NCBI GenBank assembly: GCA_964016885.1
Contig: OZ024741.1
Location: 176,390,001 to 176,454,000 of the forward strand
Direction of reading: 5' to 3'
From: Eledone cirrhosa
Taxonomy: Eukaryota
DNA: 64,000 nt
Below are positions 37,410-49,761 of the stretch, in pieces (the first letter of the stretch is position 1; each line of letters opens with the position of its first letter). The translations under genes were made by a program, and so were the position numbers. The notes beneath the pieces were generated by a model. It did no database searches. It was given only the letters and a program-made list of their open reading frames with translations, and had not been told where the DNA came from.

Positions 37410-39630
37410 GGGAGAAGTGTTTAGACGGGGTCCGTATTTGTTAATGAAGTAAGATTCCTTGCTGATGCGCTAGGTGTGGGTGGCATTATCTTTACATTTG
37501 TAGAGGGGAAAGATTCTGAAGTTGGGATGATTTTGGGCGGCACAGGTATCAATGTTTTCACTCAGTCGTATTTTCTTGTATTCCCGTATTTTAATTTGGG
37601 ATCTATAGACAGTCATGCGTTGGCGGAGGCAGTTTTTGGCCTGGCCTATGTATTGTTCTCGACAACCTGAACAAGTTAATACATATATTAGATTTTCCGA
37701 TGCACATGTGAAATTGTGTTTTACTATAAAACGTTGTCCATCTTTGAAATAGAATTCCGAACCCTCTATTAGGTTGATGCAAATGCCACAGTTGGGTCTA
37801 TCGCATTTTTTTACAGTGGGTTTCGTTGTTGTGGTTGGCAGTACTTTGGCATGTGTTAAGATGTTTTTCATTGACTTGGATTGTCTTTTGCTCTTTATGA
37901 TATCGTGTGTTCGTAGAATTTGGTTCATTCTATGTTCTGGAGGAAGGTGTCAAAGGCCTCATTGTTGAGGGGGTTGTGTGTGGAGATGTATGGAAGAGAT
38001 TTTAGTTTTGGTTGATTTACTTTAGGGTGTCTAAGGTCCTGGGTACTGAGTTTTAGGGCACGTTGGATTTCATTGTCAATTAGTGATGCAGGGTAGTCCC
38101 TGCCTATGAGTGTGTCCTTTAGTTCTTGTAGCCGTAAGTAGCAGATGTTTTTATTGGAGACTATAGTACAGATTCTCTTGGCTAAGTTGTAGGGAATATT
38201 AATTTTAACGTGTCTAGGGTGGCAAGAGTTGAAGGGGAGATATTGCTTGGAGTCTGTGGACTTGTAGTATATGTCTGTTTCTATTTTTTTGTTATGGATC
38301 TTAATGAGGATGTCGAGGAAGGGGAGTTGTTGATGGCTGTATTCCATCGTGAAGTTAATATTTGTGTTGAGCCCATTTATAAGGGTGTGAAATTCTTTAA
38401 GTTTTTCGATGTTTTCGTGCCAAAGGATGAAGCAGTCATCTAGATATCGCTTCCAGTTCCTTTCAATGTGTAAGTGGAGAGTGTTTCCAAATTTGTTTAG
38501 GACTTTAGTGTAGAGGGTGATTTCCAGGTATCCCATGACTAGGTTGGCATAAGTAGGGGCTGTTTTCGTTCCCATAGCGGTCCGAGATTTCTGCCTGTAG
38601 GGTTTGTTATTGAAAACGAAGTAATTGTTCTCCAAGATAAATTTGAGTCCCTCTATCACGAATTCTTTTTTGATGCGTTGTGGGAGTTCATTGTGGAAAT
38701 TATCCAGCCAGAATTGGATAGCTTCTATTCCTAGGTTGTGGGGGATGTTGGAGTATAAGTTGACTACATCGAACGTCACTAGTAGGGTTTGTTCAGAAAG
38801 TGGCATATTAGGGAGGTGATTGAGCATATCTAGGTCGTCCCTTATATAGCTTTTGATGTGCTTGAGGAAGGGTTTGAGAAGGGTATCAATGAAGTTGCTA
38901 AGACGGTGCGTTTCGCAAGCGGGGCCTGCTATTATAGGTCTTAATTTGAGATCATTGGGTGAGGGGACATTGATGACTATATCTGTGGCTTCCTTGCATG
39001 CCTTACTGATTGATTCGCTTTTATGTACTTTAGGGATACCGTAGAAAAGGCTGGATTTACTTGTGAAGTCTGTGATGAAGCTGGATTCCTTGTTAGTGAG
39101 TCCTTCTTTGTATTGGTTGATTAGAGTTTTTAGGTTTCTCATAATTTTCTGTTGATTGTAGTGTTCAGCCTTTTCGTAGTATGTTTCGTTTTCCAAAGTG
39201 GAGAGCGCTAAGTTGATATAGAATTATGTCTCCATTAGGACTACTGTACTCCCTTTATCAGCCTCTTTAATTGTAATGGTTATGTCGGTTTTTAATCTAT
39301 TTAATTCTTCCCATTCTTTCTTGTTGAGGTTTGGCTTGTGTTTTTGTCTGTGCATGTGTTGGTAAGGGAAGTTTGTGATGTGTTCACAGAATTCGTCCAG
39401 GATTTTATTTCTACCTTTTGAAGGGGTGTAATTGCTTCTATTTCTGGCTAATGATTCATCCTCATATGGTCGAATAGCTGTTCACTAAGTCGTAACTTTC
39501 TACAGAAGTCTGTGATGTCTTCCTTCATTTCATAGTAGTTAGGACGTAGTGGGGTCGGTGTGAATTTAAGACCTTTGGAGAGTAAGTTGATAAGGTTGGG
39601 TGTTGGTTCTGCACTTGTAAGATTGATCAT
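37410..39630 (-). pseudogene. PLE RT-GIY-YIG ORF broken by frameshifts and stops
   Basis: LSKGLKFTPTP, FYGIPKVHK, LRPII, FDVVNLYSNIP, AMGTKTAP, RYLDD, CDRPNCGIC, LIYVLTC..YIGQ; paralogue of 17233-19380. Confidence 0.92.
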
Positions 39631-40227
39631 TTTTAGTACTATCGGTTTCTCCTCCCTGTCTTGTGTTATTTTGTTTGCCTGTATCTGTGTGCTGTGTCTA
39701 AAAAATGGTTGGGGTAGACCTTATCAACTTACTCTCCAAAGGTCTTAAATTCACACCGACCCCACTACGTCCTAACTACTATGAAATGAAGGAAGACATC
39801 ACAGACTTCTGTAGAAAGTTACGACTTAGTGAACAACTATTCGACCAGTACAATGAGAATAAATCATTAGCCAGAAATAGAAGCAATTACACCCCTTCAA
39901 AAGGTAGAAATAAAATCCTGGACGAATTCTGTGAACACATCACAAACTTCCCTTACCAACACTTGCACAGACAAAAACACAAGCCAAACCTCAACAAGAA
40001 AGAATGGGAAGAATTCTGGAGCCACTTTTTTACATAAAAACAGTCTTGGCGCAAAATCAACTTTTTACATTCACATGACCTCTACCGACCAATCAAAATT
40101 GTTTTGACCACAAGCATTTTTGCAACACAAAAATAACGCTGGAGCCACTTTTTTAACATAAAAACAGGTAGAATTCCCAAAACTAATCAGATCAGAGCAA
40201 ACAGCACGGACACTCTATCTCAAAATT

Positions 40228-40266
40228 ATTTTTGAAAAGCATTTAGAAATGCGCAACCGGTAAAAA
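40228..40266 (+). ncRNA. Hammerhead-like motif, U3-A8 core with GCAA replacing GAAA
   Basis: ttt TTGAAAA gcattt ag aaatgc GCAA ccgg TA aaaa. Confidence 0.55.
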
Positions 40267-40383
40267 CTTAAAAACTTAAAACAACAACTGAATACTATCC
40301 CATACAATCACTAATACTCTTTTATTCCTAATTAAACCATTTTTCAACTGTGAACAATTTGTCAGCATTTTCTATTCCGTTTA

Positions 40384-40433
<50 letters not shown>

Positions 40434-40463
40434 CACACACACACATATATATATATATATAGA

Positions 40464-40665
40464 TAACGAAGGAAATGTGGTAAGGAACCAGGTGGACCAT
40501 AACGCACCAAAGTACTCAATACTTAAGGTAGTAGAGTGGGTAATAGGAACGAGTAGGTCCCCGACGGCTGAGCTGAAGCCGTTTCGACGGCTAATTCTGG
40601 ACTAATTCTAGTCCAGAATTAGCCGTCGAAACGGCTTGAGCTCAGCCGTCGAGGTCCTACTCGTT

Positions 40666-40670
<5 letters not shown>
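40464..40670 (-). mobile_element. Short fold-back of family D
   Basis: Tail 40464-40542, then a hairpin centred at about 40605 (ctggacta att ctagtccag) with GAAACGGC..GCCGTC on both arms. Confidence 0.8.
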
Positions 40671-40721
<51 letters not shown>

Positions 40722-40937
40722 TACGTTCCTATATATATATATATATATATAGTTATACGTAGACTACACCAACTCCAGCCAGAACAACTTCAACTAAATA
40801 AATACGCCTTTAGCCTCGACGTTGTCTCCCTCTACACTACAGTCCCCGCTCATCCAGCTGTCGATTTATTGACGGACTGCGTGGCCGCAGAGGACATCTA
40901 AGGCTACGGCCTCCACCCGACATACATACACCAGCTT

Positions 40938-42011
40938 TTGTCCTTCACAGTAGACAACACGTACTTCATCTTCCACACATACATACAGACAACAGGGTTA
41001 CCCATGGGATCCAGCCTATCGGGCCTGCTGGTCATCACCTACATGAACCAGCTAGAATGCCGAGCCCTCAACCCCTGCCATTCTCATATCTTCTTCACCC
41101 GATATGTAGATGACATACTCATCCTTACATCATCCCGTGAGGAAGCAGATAAAATATACACAACATTCCCCAGCATGGACGCCAGTATAAAGTTCAGCAT
41201 GGAACACCCCGATGACCGCGGATCCCTATCCCTACTGGACTTCCGACTCATGGTAACAGAGGAAGGCAACATCCACAGCTGCTTCTATAAAAAAGCCGCC
41301 AGCAGGGACCTGTTCGTACATTTCAGATCGGCCCTCCCACTCCGTGCCAAGGTCGGATACATAAGGAACGAACTCGCACGTATCCGGAACAAATGCACCG
41401 ACGCTAGAGACCAGGACACACACACCACACATTTCCTGGAAGTACTCAAACTGAACGGATACACGACATCCACCACAAACCGTGCCAGAAAGAACAGAGG
41501 ACACCACATCCGAGGCACGAACACTTGCTTCCTGAAGCTCCCACACTTCAGTGAAGAAACAACAACAGCCATCCACAGAGCTATCAGACGAGAGGGACTA
41601 GATATCCAACTGGCCCACTCGCGTCCTTCTCTACGCGGACAGCTAACCAAAAGATACTCCACCAGACATGACAACTGCTGCAGACTAGCCAACTGCCCCA
41701 TCAACGACACAGACTCATGCCACCAGGCTTACGTCGTATACAGACTAGAGTGTGACAAATGCAACAACTTCTACGTAGGTAGCACCACCAGACCACTCCA
41801 CCTAAGAATAAAAGAACACCTCAATACTAACGCTTCCTCATTTAAGAAACATCTAGTTAAATGCAAAAACACCGACAAAACCATAACAGTTAGGATAGAA
41901 ACTAAGGAAAGAAACCTCGGCAATCTTAGAATTAAGGAAGCACTAATTATAGATAAAACACAACCACCAATCAATAATGGACTAGAACTCAACACCCAAT
42001 TTATAACCTGA
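40938..42011 (+). CDS. PLE RT (motif B onward)-GIY-YIG, partial
   Basis: 357-aa open frame with RYVDD and GIY-YIG motifs. Confidence 0.85.
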   Translation: MSFTVDNTYFIFHTYIQTTGLPMGSSLSGLLVITYMNQLECRALNPCHSHIFFTRYVDDILILTSSREEADKIYTTFPSMDASIKFSMEHPDDRGSLSLLDFRLMVTEEGNIHSCFYKKAASRDLFVHFRSALPLRAKVGYIRNELARIRNKCTDARDQDTHTTHFLEVLKLNGYTTSTTNRARKNRGHHIRGTNTCFLKLPHFSEETTTAIHRAIRREGLDIQLAHSRPSLRGQLTKRYSTRHDNCCRLANCPINDTDSCHQAYVVYRLECDKCNNFYVGSTTRPLHLRIKEHLNTNASSFKKHLVKCKNTDKTITVRIETKERNLGNLRIKEALIIDKTQPPINNGLELNTQFIT

Positions 42012-42390
42012 TAGAGCTTCTAGCCCCATATTTACACCCCCATACACACGCACGCACACACACACACACGCTTACACCTCCACTTATTCTCTCTCACACA
42101 TACACACACAAAACCAGTTCTAACTCCAGATAACACCTATCCCCCACATTTACGAATAGACATATCTTCTCACATTCACACACACTCACATACTTACACC
42201 TTCATGCATTCTCCCACACACTTAAACAGGCATGTATAAAAAACAACCCCCCCCCCTTTTAAAGGGAGACTACTCTTTATCCACCTAATTTTAACTCTTT
42301 GACATTAGAGATAGAACAGATACTCTATACCATTTCCTGTCAGCATGACTTGGCAAGCTATTTAGAACACTGGTTTGAGAGCTTTACTTC

Positions 42391-42425
42391 CCTCTGAAGA
42401 AGAGATATTATCTCGAAAATTAAGG
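42391..42425 (+). ncRNA. Minimal type I hammerhead ribozyme
   Basis: cct CTGAAGA a gagata t tatctc GAAA at TA agg; palindromic AAUU stem III. Confidence 0.75.
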
Positions 42426-42542
42426 ACATTTAAATAAATCTAAGGTAAAAGACTAATTGTCAACAATATCTTTTGCATTTGCATTCTTTATTCTATGTCC
42501 ATACCTGCATTGTTTTGGCTTTATTATACATATACAAACGTT

Positions 42543-42577
<35 letters not shown>

Positions 42578-43707
42578 TTGTTCATATGATATCATTGCGT
42601 CTCATACTTTTCAGGATATCCGACTCTATGATACTGAAGTTCAACACCAATATATTTATTCGTTTCATGAATCGCTTCTCCGGTCTTTTTTTCATTTTTC
42701 TTTTTTATAATCATTGTTATATAAAATCCCCTTGCAACACTCCGCAGAGGAATTCCTGTACATTAGTTGAAATTGATGAGGCATTTACATGTCCTAATAG
42801 CCTTGCGTTTCATTGGAACATACATAATAATTTAGTAACAACATAAATTGCATCATGAAGCAAATACTACATAAATTAGTCGGTATTAAGAAATCCAAAC
42901 ATGGTTAGTTGAAGATGTCTCAGGAAACGTGTAATGCTTTTAAAATTGAAATAAATTCTTATCATGACTACGATTCGCCTTGTGAATATCTATTATTGCA
43001 GGGTTGGCAAACGCCTTGCCAGAAGTATGATACCCATAATACTATTGAGTAATCTTTAGTCCCATTTTAATACCCTATCACTGTTTCACTTAAAAGCCTA
43101 TATATACACATAGTTGATTACATCAATAACATACATGAGAAAGATTGAATGAATAATTGTGTGTATAGTGGATGAGCCACTATACAAACATATGTCCAAC
43201 CACACATGCGCCAGCGTGTGTGTTTGAACGCGCACGTAAGTCGATAACAATTATAAAACCTTACATAAAAATGACCTCAAGTATTGATATGATTGACTAA
43301 TTTCCTTGATGGCTGTATTCAAGTTAGGAACTGGAGCCTTTACACACTACAGCTGCAGCTGTAGGGACATCTCATCGAAATCTGGTGTTATATCAGCTAC
43401 AGGTGGTGCATGCAGAAGTTAGAATTGTTTTACGTTTCTACGATTCGCTTAAGTATTTCGTTCTCGCTGTGCACATTTTGTTACCTTGCCTTAGTTAATA
43501 ATGCAAAGTTTGCAAACGCATGCAAAGTTTGTTCTTTATACAGGGTGTCCCCCAAACGTCCGTTCACCATTCTAATAAATATTGACCCTACAGGTGATCA
43601 AACCGTACATACATTTTTGGGATACCCTGTATATATATATATTTCATACATCATTACCCACGTGGGATATATTAACTATCCTTATTTTCGTATATATATA
43701 TGTATAT

Positions 43708-44318
43708 ATGGAAAAAATGAAATTTCATTTCTCACTCTTAGTACGGCTGATACTTAAATGTAAGTATGTATACGTACATACATATATGTATACAGACGTA
43801 CAGTAGTATGTATATACATACATACAAGCACATATATATATATGTACGTATGGGTTTACCGAACAATTATTATAATGTTCGGTTTGTTTGTAAACAAACA
43901 GCCCGAATTATTAGCCGTACAGTGTTCGGCAACCATCGATGGCCTTTTGTTGAACAGTGAGAAAGGAACGATGAACTAGTTTCTAGCTTATTAGCTGTCA
44001 TCAGCACTGTATACCTTCCTGTCAGTTGATTGAACGTTTGAAAGTGTACACTTTCCTGATGCATATTAACGGCTGAGCTGCCTAATTTGCATATTGAGTG
44101 AGTTAGTCGGCCGGGCGTGCCGAAAACGATAAATGGAAAAAATGAAATTTCATTTCTCACTCTTAGTAAGGCTGATACTTAAATATAAGTATGTATACGT
44201 ACATACATATATGTATACAGACGTACAGTAGTATGTATATATATATACATACAACGATGGTTGCCGAACACTGTACGGCTAATAATGCGGGCTGTTTGTT
44301 TACAAACAAACGGAGCAT
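43708..44318 (-). mobile_element. Family A HHR element, partial tandem (period about 425 nt) with short inverted piece
   Basis: atggaaaaaatgaaatttcatttctcactcttagta at 43708 and 44133; 44255-44318 is inverted relative to about 43870-43938. Confidence 0.85.
43969..44009 (-). ncRNA. Minimal hammerhead (family A)
   Basis: CAGUG-CUGAUGA-CAGCU AAUA AGCUA-GAAA CUAG UU-CAUCG. Confidence 0.7.
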
Positions 44319-44320
44319 TA

Positions 44321-44652
44321 GGAAGGGAGATAAGCTGACAGATCTGTTTCATACAGTTGGTGCTCATCAGACCCTAGTACTCGCCGACCTCTGCCGAAAA
44401 TTATAGAGGCTGGATTCTTATAGAATTCCAGTAATAATAAGCAGCTGAATATACAGAGCGATTGCCGGTCCAGCAAAAATAAAAAATTAGGATTGGTGCT
44501 CTGAAATAGTGATGTATACATGAATGTATGTATATTATATTTGGTAATATAGTGTATGTTTAATTAAAAACATTTTGAAGACCTTGCGCTATTGTCTTAA
44601 AGTAGTGACTATGTCACTTCTTTTTTCAGCAAAGGAAGGGAGATAAGCTGAC
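44321..44652 (-). mobile_element. Non-coding HHR element family B, ~313-nt unit
   Basis: Direct repeat ggaagggagataagctgac at 44321 and 44634; homologous to 51675-51976. Confidence 0.75.
44332..44375 (-). ncRNA. Minimal type I hammerhead ribozyme (family B)
   Basis: AGGGU-CUGAUGA-GCAC CAACU GUAU-GAAA CAGAUCUG UC-AGCUU; stem III is the perfect palindrome ACAGAUCUGU. Confidence 0.7.
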
Positions 44653-44660
44653 ATATATAT

Positions 44661-44697
<37 letters not shown>

Positions 44698-44698
44698 C

Positions 44699-44915
44699 AG
44701 GTAAATATCACTGTGAGTGCTAAGTACCCGTAGCGATATATAGTGTGTCTATAAAATAATTGGTGTTCAATGGTACTAATTTGAGATACCGGAACTATAC
44801 CAATTAAGAAAAGCAGTCAATATATATCTCTATGAGTACTTACTACTCAGAGAGATATTTACCTCATTTTAGGAATTCTCCTATCTATGTAGAGAGAAAA
44901 TTCGTTGCTGCCTAC
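44699..44915 (+). mobile_element. Old fold-back with one-sided tail beside (TA)n
   Basis: aggtaaatatc..gagt..taagtac..tag.gatatata pairs with tatatatc.cta..gtactta..actc..gatatttacct. Confidence 0.55.
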
Positions 44916-45410
44916 AGCTATTTTTCTTTAGCAGAATGCCATTAACGCGTCTGTAATATTTCCCGCTTTTTCTAGTGGCCAGTTCATGTGTGGGTCATTC
45001 TAACGGCCTCACTCACACTAGCTGGTAGTTGGCAAATTATTTGCAGACGGTGGGACTGCTTCCTACTGTATGGAAATAGCTATCTGATGAACTTTACTTT
45101 TCCGTTAGAAATTCTCTGAATCTCTAACCTTTTGTGTAGCGAAACTGCCGGTAATAGCATTATGAACGGGTAAATATTTAAATTATTTTTTTTATTTTTT
45201 TAAAAGAATTGTTTGTTTATTCTGCTTTTCTTAATGTATATATATATATGTATATAAAACACGTTGAGTGCTTCTAATCTGTTGTAAATTAAGTTTGTTG
45301 AATAATCAACAAACCTAATAACTCAGTGGTTTATATATATATATGTATATATATATATGTATATATGAAAAGAAAATTTCGCTGTAAATGGCTGAATACA
45401 ATAAATTTAA

Positions 45411-46008
45411 TCTGAGTTTTTCGAATATTAATAATTGTTTCTACTTTAGACACAAGGCCAGCAAATACCCAGTGCATTACTGGTACTTTATTTTATCTAC
45501 CCCGTAAGGATGAAAGGCAAAGTCAACCTCGGCGGGATTTGAACTCAGATCGTAAAGGGACGTAACTATGCTGGAAAGCATGGCGTCCGACCCTCTACCA
45601 ATACTGCCAATCCACCGCCCTTATAATTTCTACTTTAGGCACAAGGCCAGCAATTACCCAGTGCATTACTGGTACTTTATTTTATCGACCCCGTAAGGAT
45701 GAAGGGCAAAGTCAACCTCGGCCGGATTCGAACTCAAATCCTAAAGGGACGTAACTATGCTGGAAAGCATGGCGTACGACCCTCTACCGATACTGCCAAA
45801 CCACCGCCCTTTTCGAATATTAATAATAACATTCGATTCGTTTGCAATTATGCAAACAAGCTTCAATTTTATAGAAAGAACACTTCATTCTTGCTCTTAT
45901 GTTGGCATGCGAACATAAGAGCAAGAGTGACACGGCTATAAAATTGAGGCTTGATTGCATAATTGCAAACGAATCGAATGTTATTATTAACATTCGAAAA
46001 ACTCAGAT
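45411..46008. repeat. ~200-bp palindrome whose left arm is interrupted by the SINE dimer
   Basis: Hairpin centred at about 45907; outer arm tctgagtttttcgaa pairs with ttcgaaaaactcaga. Confidence 0.7.
45418..45827 (-). mobile_element. SINE dimer within one 18-bp target-site duplication
   Basis: Two head-to-tail SINEs flanked by ttttcgaatattaataat (45418-45435 and 45810-45827). Confidence 0.8.
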
Positions 46009-46045
46009 TGCATTTATTATATATTTATATATATATATATATATA

Positions 46046-46234
46046 TCGTTTCTGAATTTGTTTAGCAAGATTCTTTATCTGAAAACGTGTGTTCAAACCG
46101 ATATTGTTATACTTTGGGAAGGTCAAGTTGCCAATAAGACACACACGCACCATACGCTTTCACTCCAATTTATTATAATTTGGAGTGAAACAACTGGTGC
46201 GTGTGTTTCCTATTGGCAAGATGACCCTCCCAAA

Positions 46235-46237
<3 letters not shown>
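46046..46237 (-). mobile_element. Miniature PLE fold-back (tail + ~60-bp hairpin arms)
   Basis: Tail tcgtttctgaatttg..., hairpin centred on ccaatttattataatttgg, ends at ctcccaaag-(GA/TA). Confidence 0.85.
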
Positions 46238-46276
<39 letters not shown>

Positions 46277-46277
<1 letters not shown>

Positions 46278-46426
46278 TTTATCCCGGATTCAATCGGGGG
46301 TAACCACAGTAAATAAGGTACTCAATACATACAAGAGTATAAATATTTAACATAGGTATATTTGTAAAAAGAACAAGAATGACTTTACAAATATACCTAA
46401 CTGTACCAAGAATTTCACACATTTTA

Positions 46427-46430
<4 letters not shown>
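46277..46430 (-). mobile_element. 3' fragment related to the family C tail
   Basis: cccgg.tt.a.tcgggg.taaccacagtaa.taaggtactcaatacat matches 8760-8810. Confidence 0.6.
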
Positions 46431-46470
<40 letters not shown>

Positions 46471-46474
<4 letters not shown>

Positions 46475-46555
46475 CCGACTCTACTACCCTAAGTATTGTG
46501 TACTCTGGTGCGTTATGGTCCATCTGGTCTGGTTCCTTACCAATCTTCTTTGTTA
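46471..46555 (+). mobile_element. Family D tail only
   Basis: attacc.actctactaccctaagtattg.gtactctggtgcgttatggtcca between TA arrays. Confidence 0.7.
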
Positions 46556-46569
46556 TATATATGACTTTG

Positions 46570-47054
46570 GACATCCTGCAGGACTAAAAACAAAACCTGT
46601 CAAAGGGCAAAGGAGCTCTTAAGAGTCAATGGCCATCCAAAATCACCGGGAGAGATGACCCCTTAGCCTTTGTCAAGGCAGAATTCTAGGAGAAGGAAAA
46701 CTCTGATATAACACCTGCAACCCTGATGGTATCCAATGATGTTGACTTGTTCTTCTTTTTGGTAAATATCATCTTGGTTAAGAGAGTGGGACTGGCTTTG
46801 TGCAGTGCCTTTGCTCACTATAAAAGCTTCACGGCACAGGCATTGCTTTGTATCTGGAGATCTCTCTGCACTTGTCATTACATGGTACCATGGGCCCAGC
46901 ACTATGTGTCAATAATTGTCACAAGTGTAGTGTTTGTACCAGAGTTTTCAAGTTGCTGGCTGGACTAAAAAGTCACACTCGTTCAGCGTATCGGTAGGGG
47001 TTCTCCTACATGGATATAAAGTAGTGGCCGTACTCGAAAACGAGTTGGCAGCCA

Positions 47055-47056
<2 letters not shown>
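46570..47056. repeat. Dispersed ~400-bp repeat, copy 2
   Basis: Matches 4290-4691 from 46646. Confidence 0.8.
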
Positions 47057-47126
<70 letters not shown>

Positions 47127-47129
<3 letters not shown>

Positions 47130-47330
47130 TGGTTACACAACAGTTAGTTCACCATACCGAGAACAATTGTTTCACCTAGTGGATCCTCACCTCGTAATGA
47201 GATCCGCTGAGGTGAAACAATTTGTCTCGGTATGGTGAACTAACAGTTGTGTAACCACTTCTACCTAACTCTCGTCACATGGACTGAGTGCTCTACCACT
47301 AGGGATATTATCTTCCAGTGTTCTACCACT
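47127..47330 (+). mobile_element. Short fold-back with tail (family E) containing a hammerhead 3' half
   Basis: Arms 47127-47190 and 47198-47260; GAAACAA(T)TTGTC with palindromic ACAAUUGU; tail 47261-47330; (TA)n flanks. Confidence 0.65.
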
Positions 47331-48879
47331 ATATATATATATATATCAGAGATAGAGAGGAAGAAGTCATATTATTTGAAAGTAAGCTATGGCGCCACTT
47401 TTTATTTCATTTATGCAGTTAGTCACAAAAACGCTTAATATGCATTCGAAAGAGGACATGTAGAATAGGCTTTATAGATATCTATTTATACACACATATA
47501 TATACGTATATATAAAAGGATATATTGAAATATCCAGACAAACATTCAAGCACACATGCACACACAGACACACAAATACTCACACACACAGATATACACA
47601 AACATACGCACACGAACGCACGCGCGCGCACACATACTCACTCACACACACATACACACACAAACACACACACACACATATATATATATATGTATATACA
47701 CATATTTATGGTTGGATGCTTGTATTATCATTTATATGATAATAGTGGAAATCGAAAAATATTTGCATGCTAGAAGTGTCGGTAATTTCAGGTCTTTATA
47801 ATGATATATATATCAACAATATTCATTGTTTAAACGGAAATGTCCAGTATGTTTGCAGGATTGAAACCTGAAATTATTCGAGCGATAGCGAAAAAATTGC
47901 CAGGATGGAAAGAAATTAATGGAAATGATTTGAGCAATATAATCGCTATGAGCAATATGGTATGTATGAATTGTTACAGGAAGAAATTCACTGAAGTGCT
48001 TTAAAATATCCCAAGATTATAGATATGAAGCAACGCCTACATCACTAACAATACTATTATAGAATATAATATTCTGTAATATTATGCTGAGTGCTGTTAT
48101 TATCCTTACTGTATACTTAATGTTTGCGAGGTTCTACGCTTTAACCAAGGAAAGTAATTTGTTTGACATTTTAGTTTCACTTTCATTTTCAGTATTCGTT
48201 TTGATGATCCAGACAATTTCTGAATGCAAGATCAAGAGGTAGAAGCCTAATCACTTGCTGGAATTGCTCTCTGCACCACCTCTCCCGCTGTATCTCCCTC
48301 TTCCTACATAGGAAGACATAAATAGAGAAAAAGAAGAGAGATGGAGAAAACCTGAGATCATGAATGAAAGATGAAGAATATAATAATGACATGGAGGGAG
48401 ACAAATGTGAGGCCATAGAGAGTGAGTGAATGATGTAATATCAAACTAGCACGTGTAGTCCTTCATGTTTGACAAATTTAACTATATTATTACGGTATCT
48501 GAAAAATTCAAATTATCATCTGAACTTCTCCAGGTTGTTTTTATTGATCTGTTTGTCATTTAATGGTGCCATTTTAAATGTAACTGATGCTGTCATTGTC
48601 GTTATTAGAGATGAATAGTTCTAGGCACATCTTTAGTATATTTTAACATAAAAGTGAGCTGACAAAACAAAGTGCTTGATATGAAATTGTACCTAAATCA
48701 TTAACGGGAGTAGTTATATTTTGTAATGAATATTGAGCTTTGAAATATGACGACTGCACTTTAAATATAGTAGCCAACTTGAACAGTCACGGTATCTTGG
48801 TTATATATGTGATCAAAGGAATGTCCATAGAACGAGTCGTACTGAAATCTACAAAATTTAGAAGATATTTAGCAAATCT

Positions 48880-49040
48880 ACCGGTCACCCTTGCGACCTC
48901 AGGCGTGTTTGAATCCTGGACAACTGACCACATCCATAAAATTGAATTAATAGCAGCCCGCCCGAGGAAGGAGCCCTGCAAGGTGTGGTGGCTGGTGGAG
49001 CGGGTGTCGCTGGCCATTGTCCGCGGAAATGTCTTTGCCG
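48880..49040 (+). pseudogene. CRE-like non-LTR restriction-like endonuclease C-terminus remnant
   Basis: WLVERVSLAIVRGN resembles the L.QR.S.AI.RGN terminus. Confidence 0.55.
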
Positions 49041-49761
49041 GGACGCAGCCGAAAAACTACTCTGACCTAGGCTGTGAGTCTGTCACCCTCTTCTCTCTCC
49101 CCTTTCATTATTCCTGTGTCAAGTAGTTCTTGCTCTCCCACTTTCTTTCATCTAATTTATGGCATTTAAAGACCTTTCCAATGCTGTATGTTTATATAGC
49201 TCTACTATGAAATAGTTAAAACAATAAATAAGTATAATGTCATTGCGAATACAGCGGCGATATTAAAGTAAGATAATCAAGAAACAAAACGTTATTGCAT
49301 TCAGTTAATATTCCTATAGTCCAAGAATTTGTTGTAAAAGATAACGTTTAACCCAACATCAAAGCCTCAGAATGGATATAATGAAAAATGAAAACGTCAT
49401 GAACATATTTAAAATACTGAAATAACTCATCGTCTTCTTGAAATATTAATCTAAGAAATACAGTTCGTTACTCTCTAATATAAATCTTTGAAAGAGAAAA
49501 GGAGGCAACGTTGCAGTGTCATGGTTATGTCGGATAGAAAGCTTGGCGGCATTTGCTCCAGCTCTCTGCGCTCTGATTTTAAACGCTACCGAGGTCAACT
49601 CTACCGTATTAAATAAATAAAGTAACACAAGATTACTGTGGTTGATTCTTCCACTGTCTGTCTCCCTGAATGTCTGTCTGTCTGTTTCCCACTCTGACTG
49701 AGGTCGCAGAACGCTAAACGTGCAACAAAAGGTCTTTAAAGACTACATTACATTACGAACT

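Larger units (their letters stand above)
36305..40390 (-). mobile_element. Second Neptune-like PLE, near full length, with complex 5' inversion
   Basis: Minus ORF remnants 37410-39660; plus-strand re-copy of the N-terminus at 39718-40015; inverted pLTR 40016-40390 lacking the tail; (TA)n flanks. Confidence 0.9.
40758..42541 (+). mobile_element. 5'-truncated PLE of a fourth lineage (Penelope/Poseidon-like)
   Basis: SLDVVSLYTTVP, stop at about 40899, GLPMGSSLS, RYVDD, VVYRLECDKC..YVGST; CA-rich UTR; pLTR with HHR; (TA)n flanks. Confidence 0.9.
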
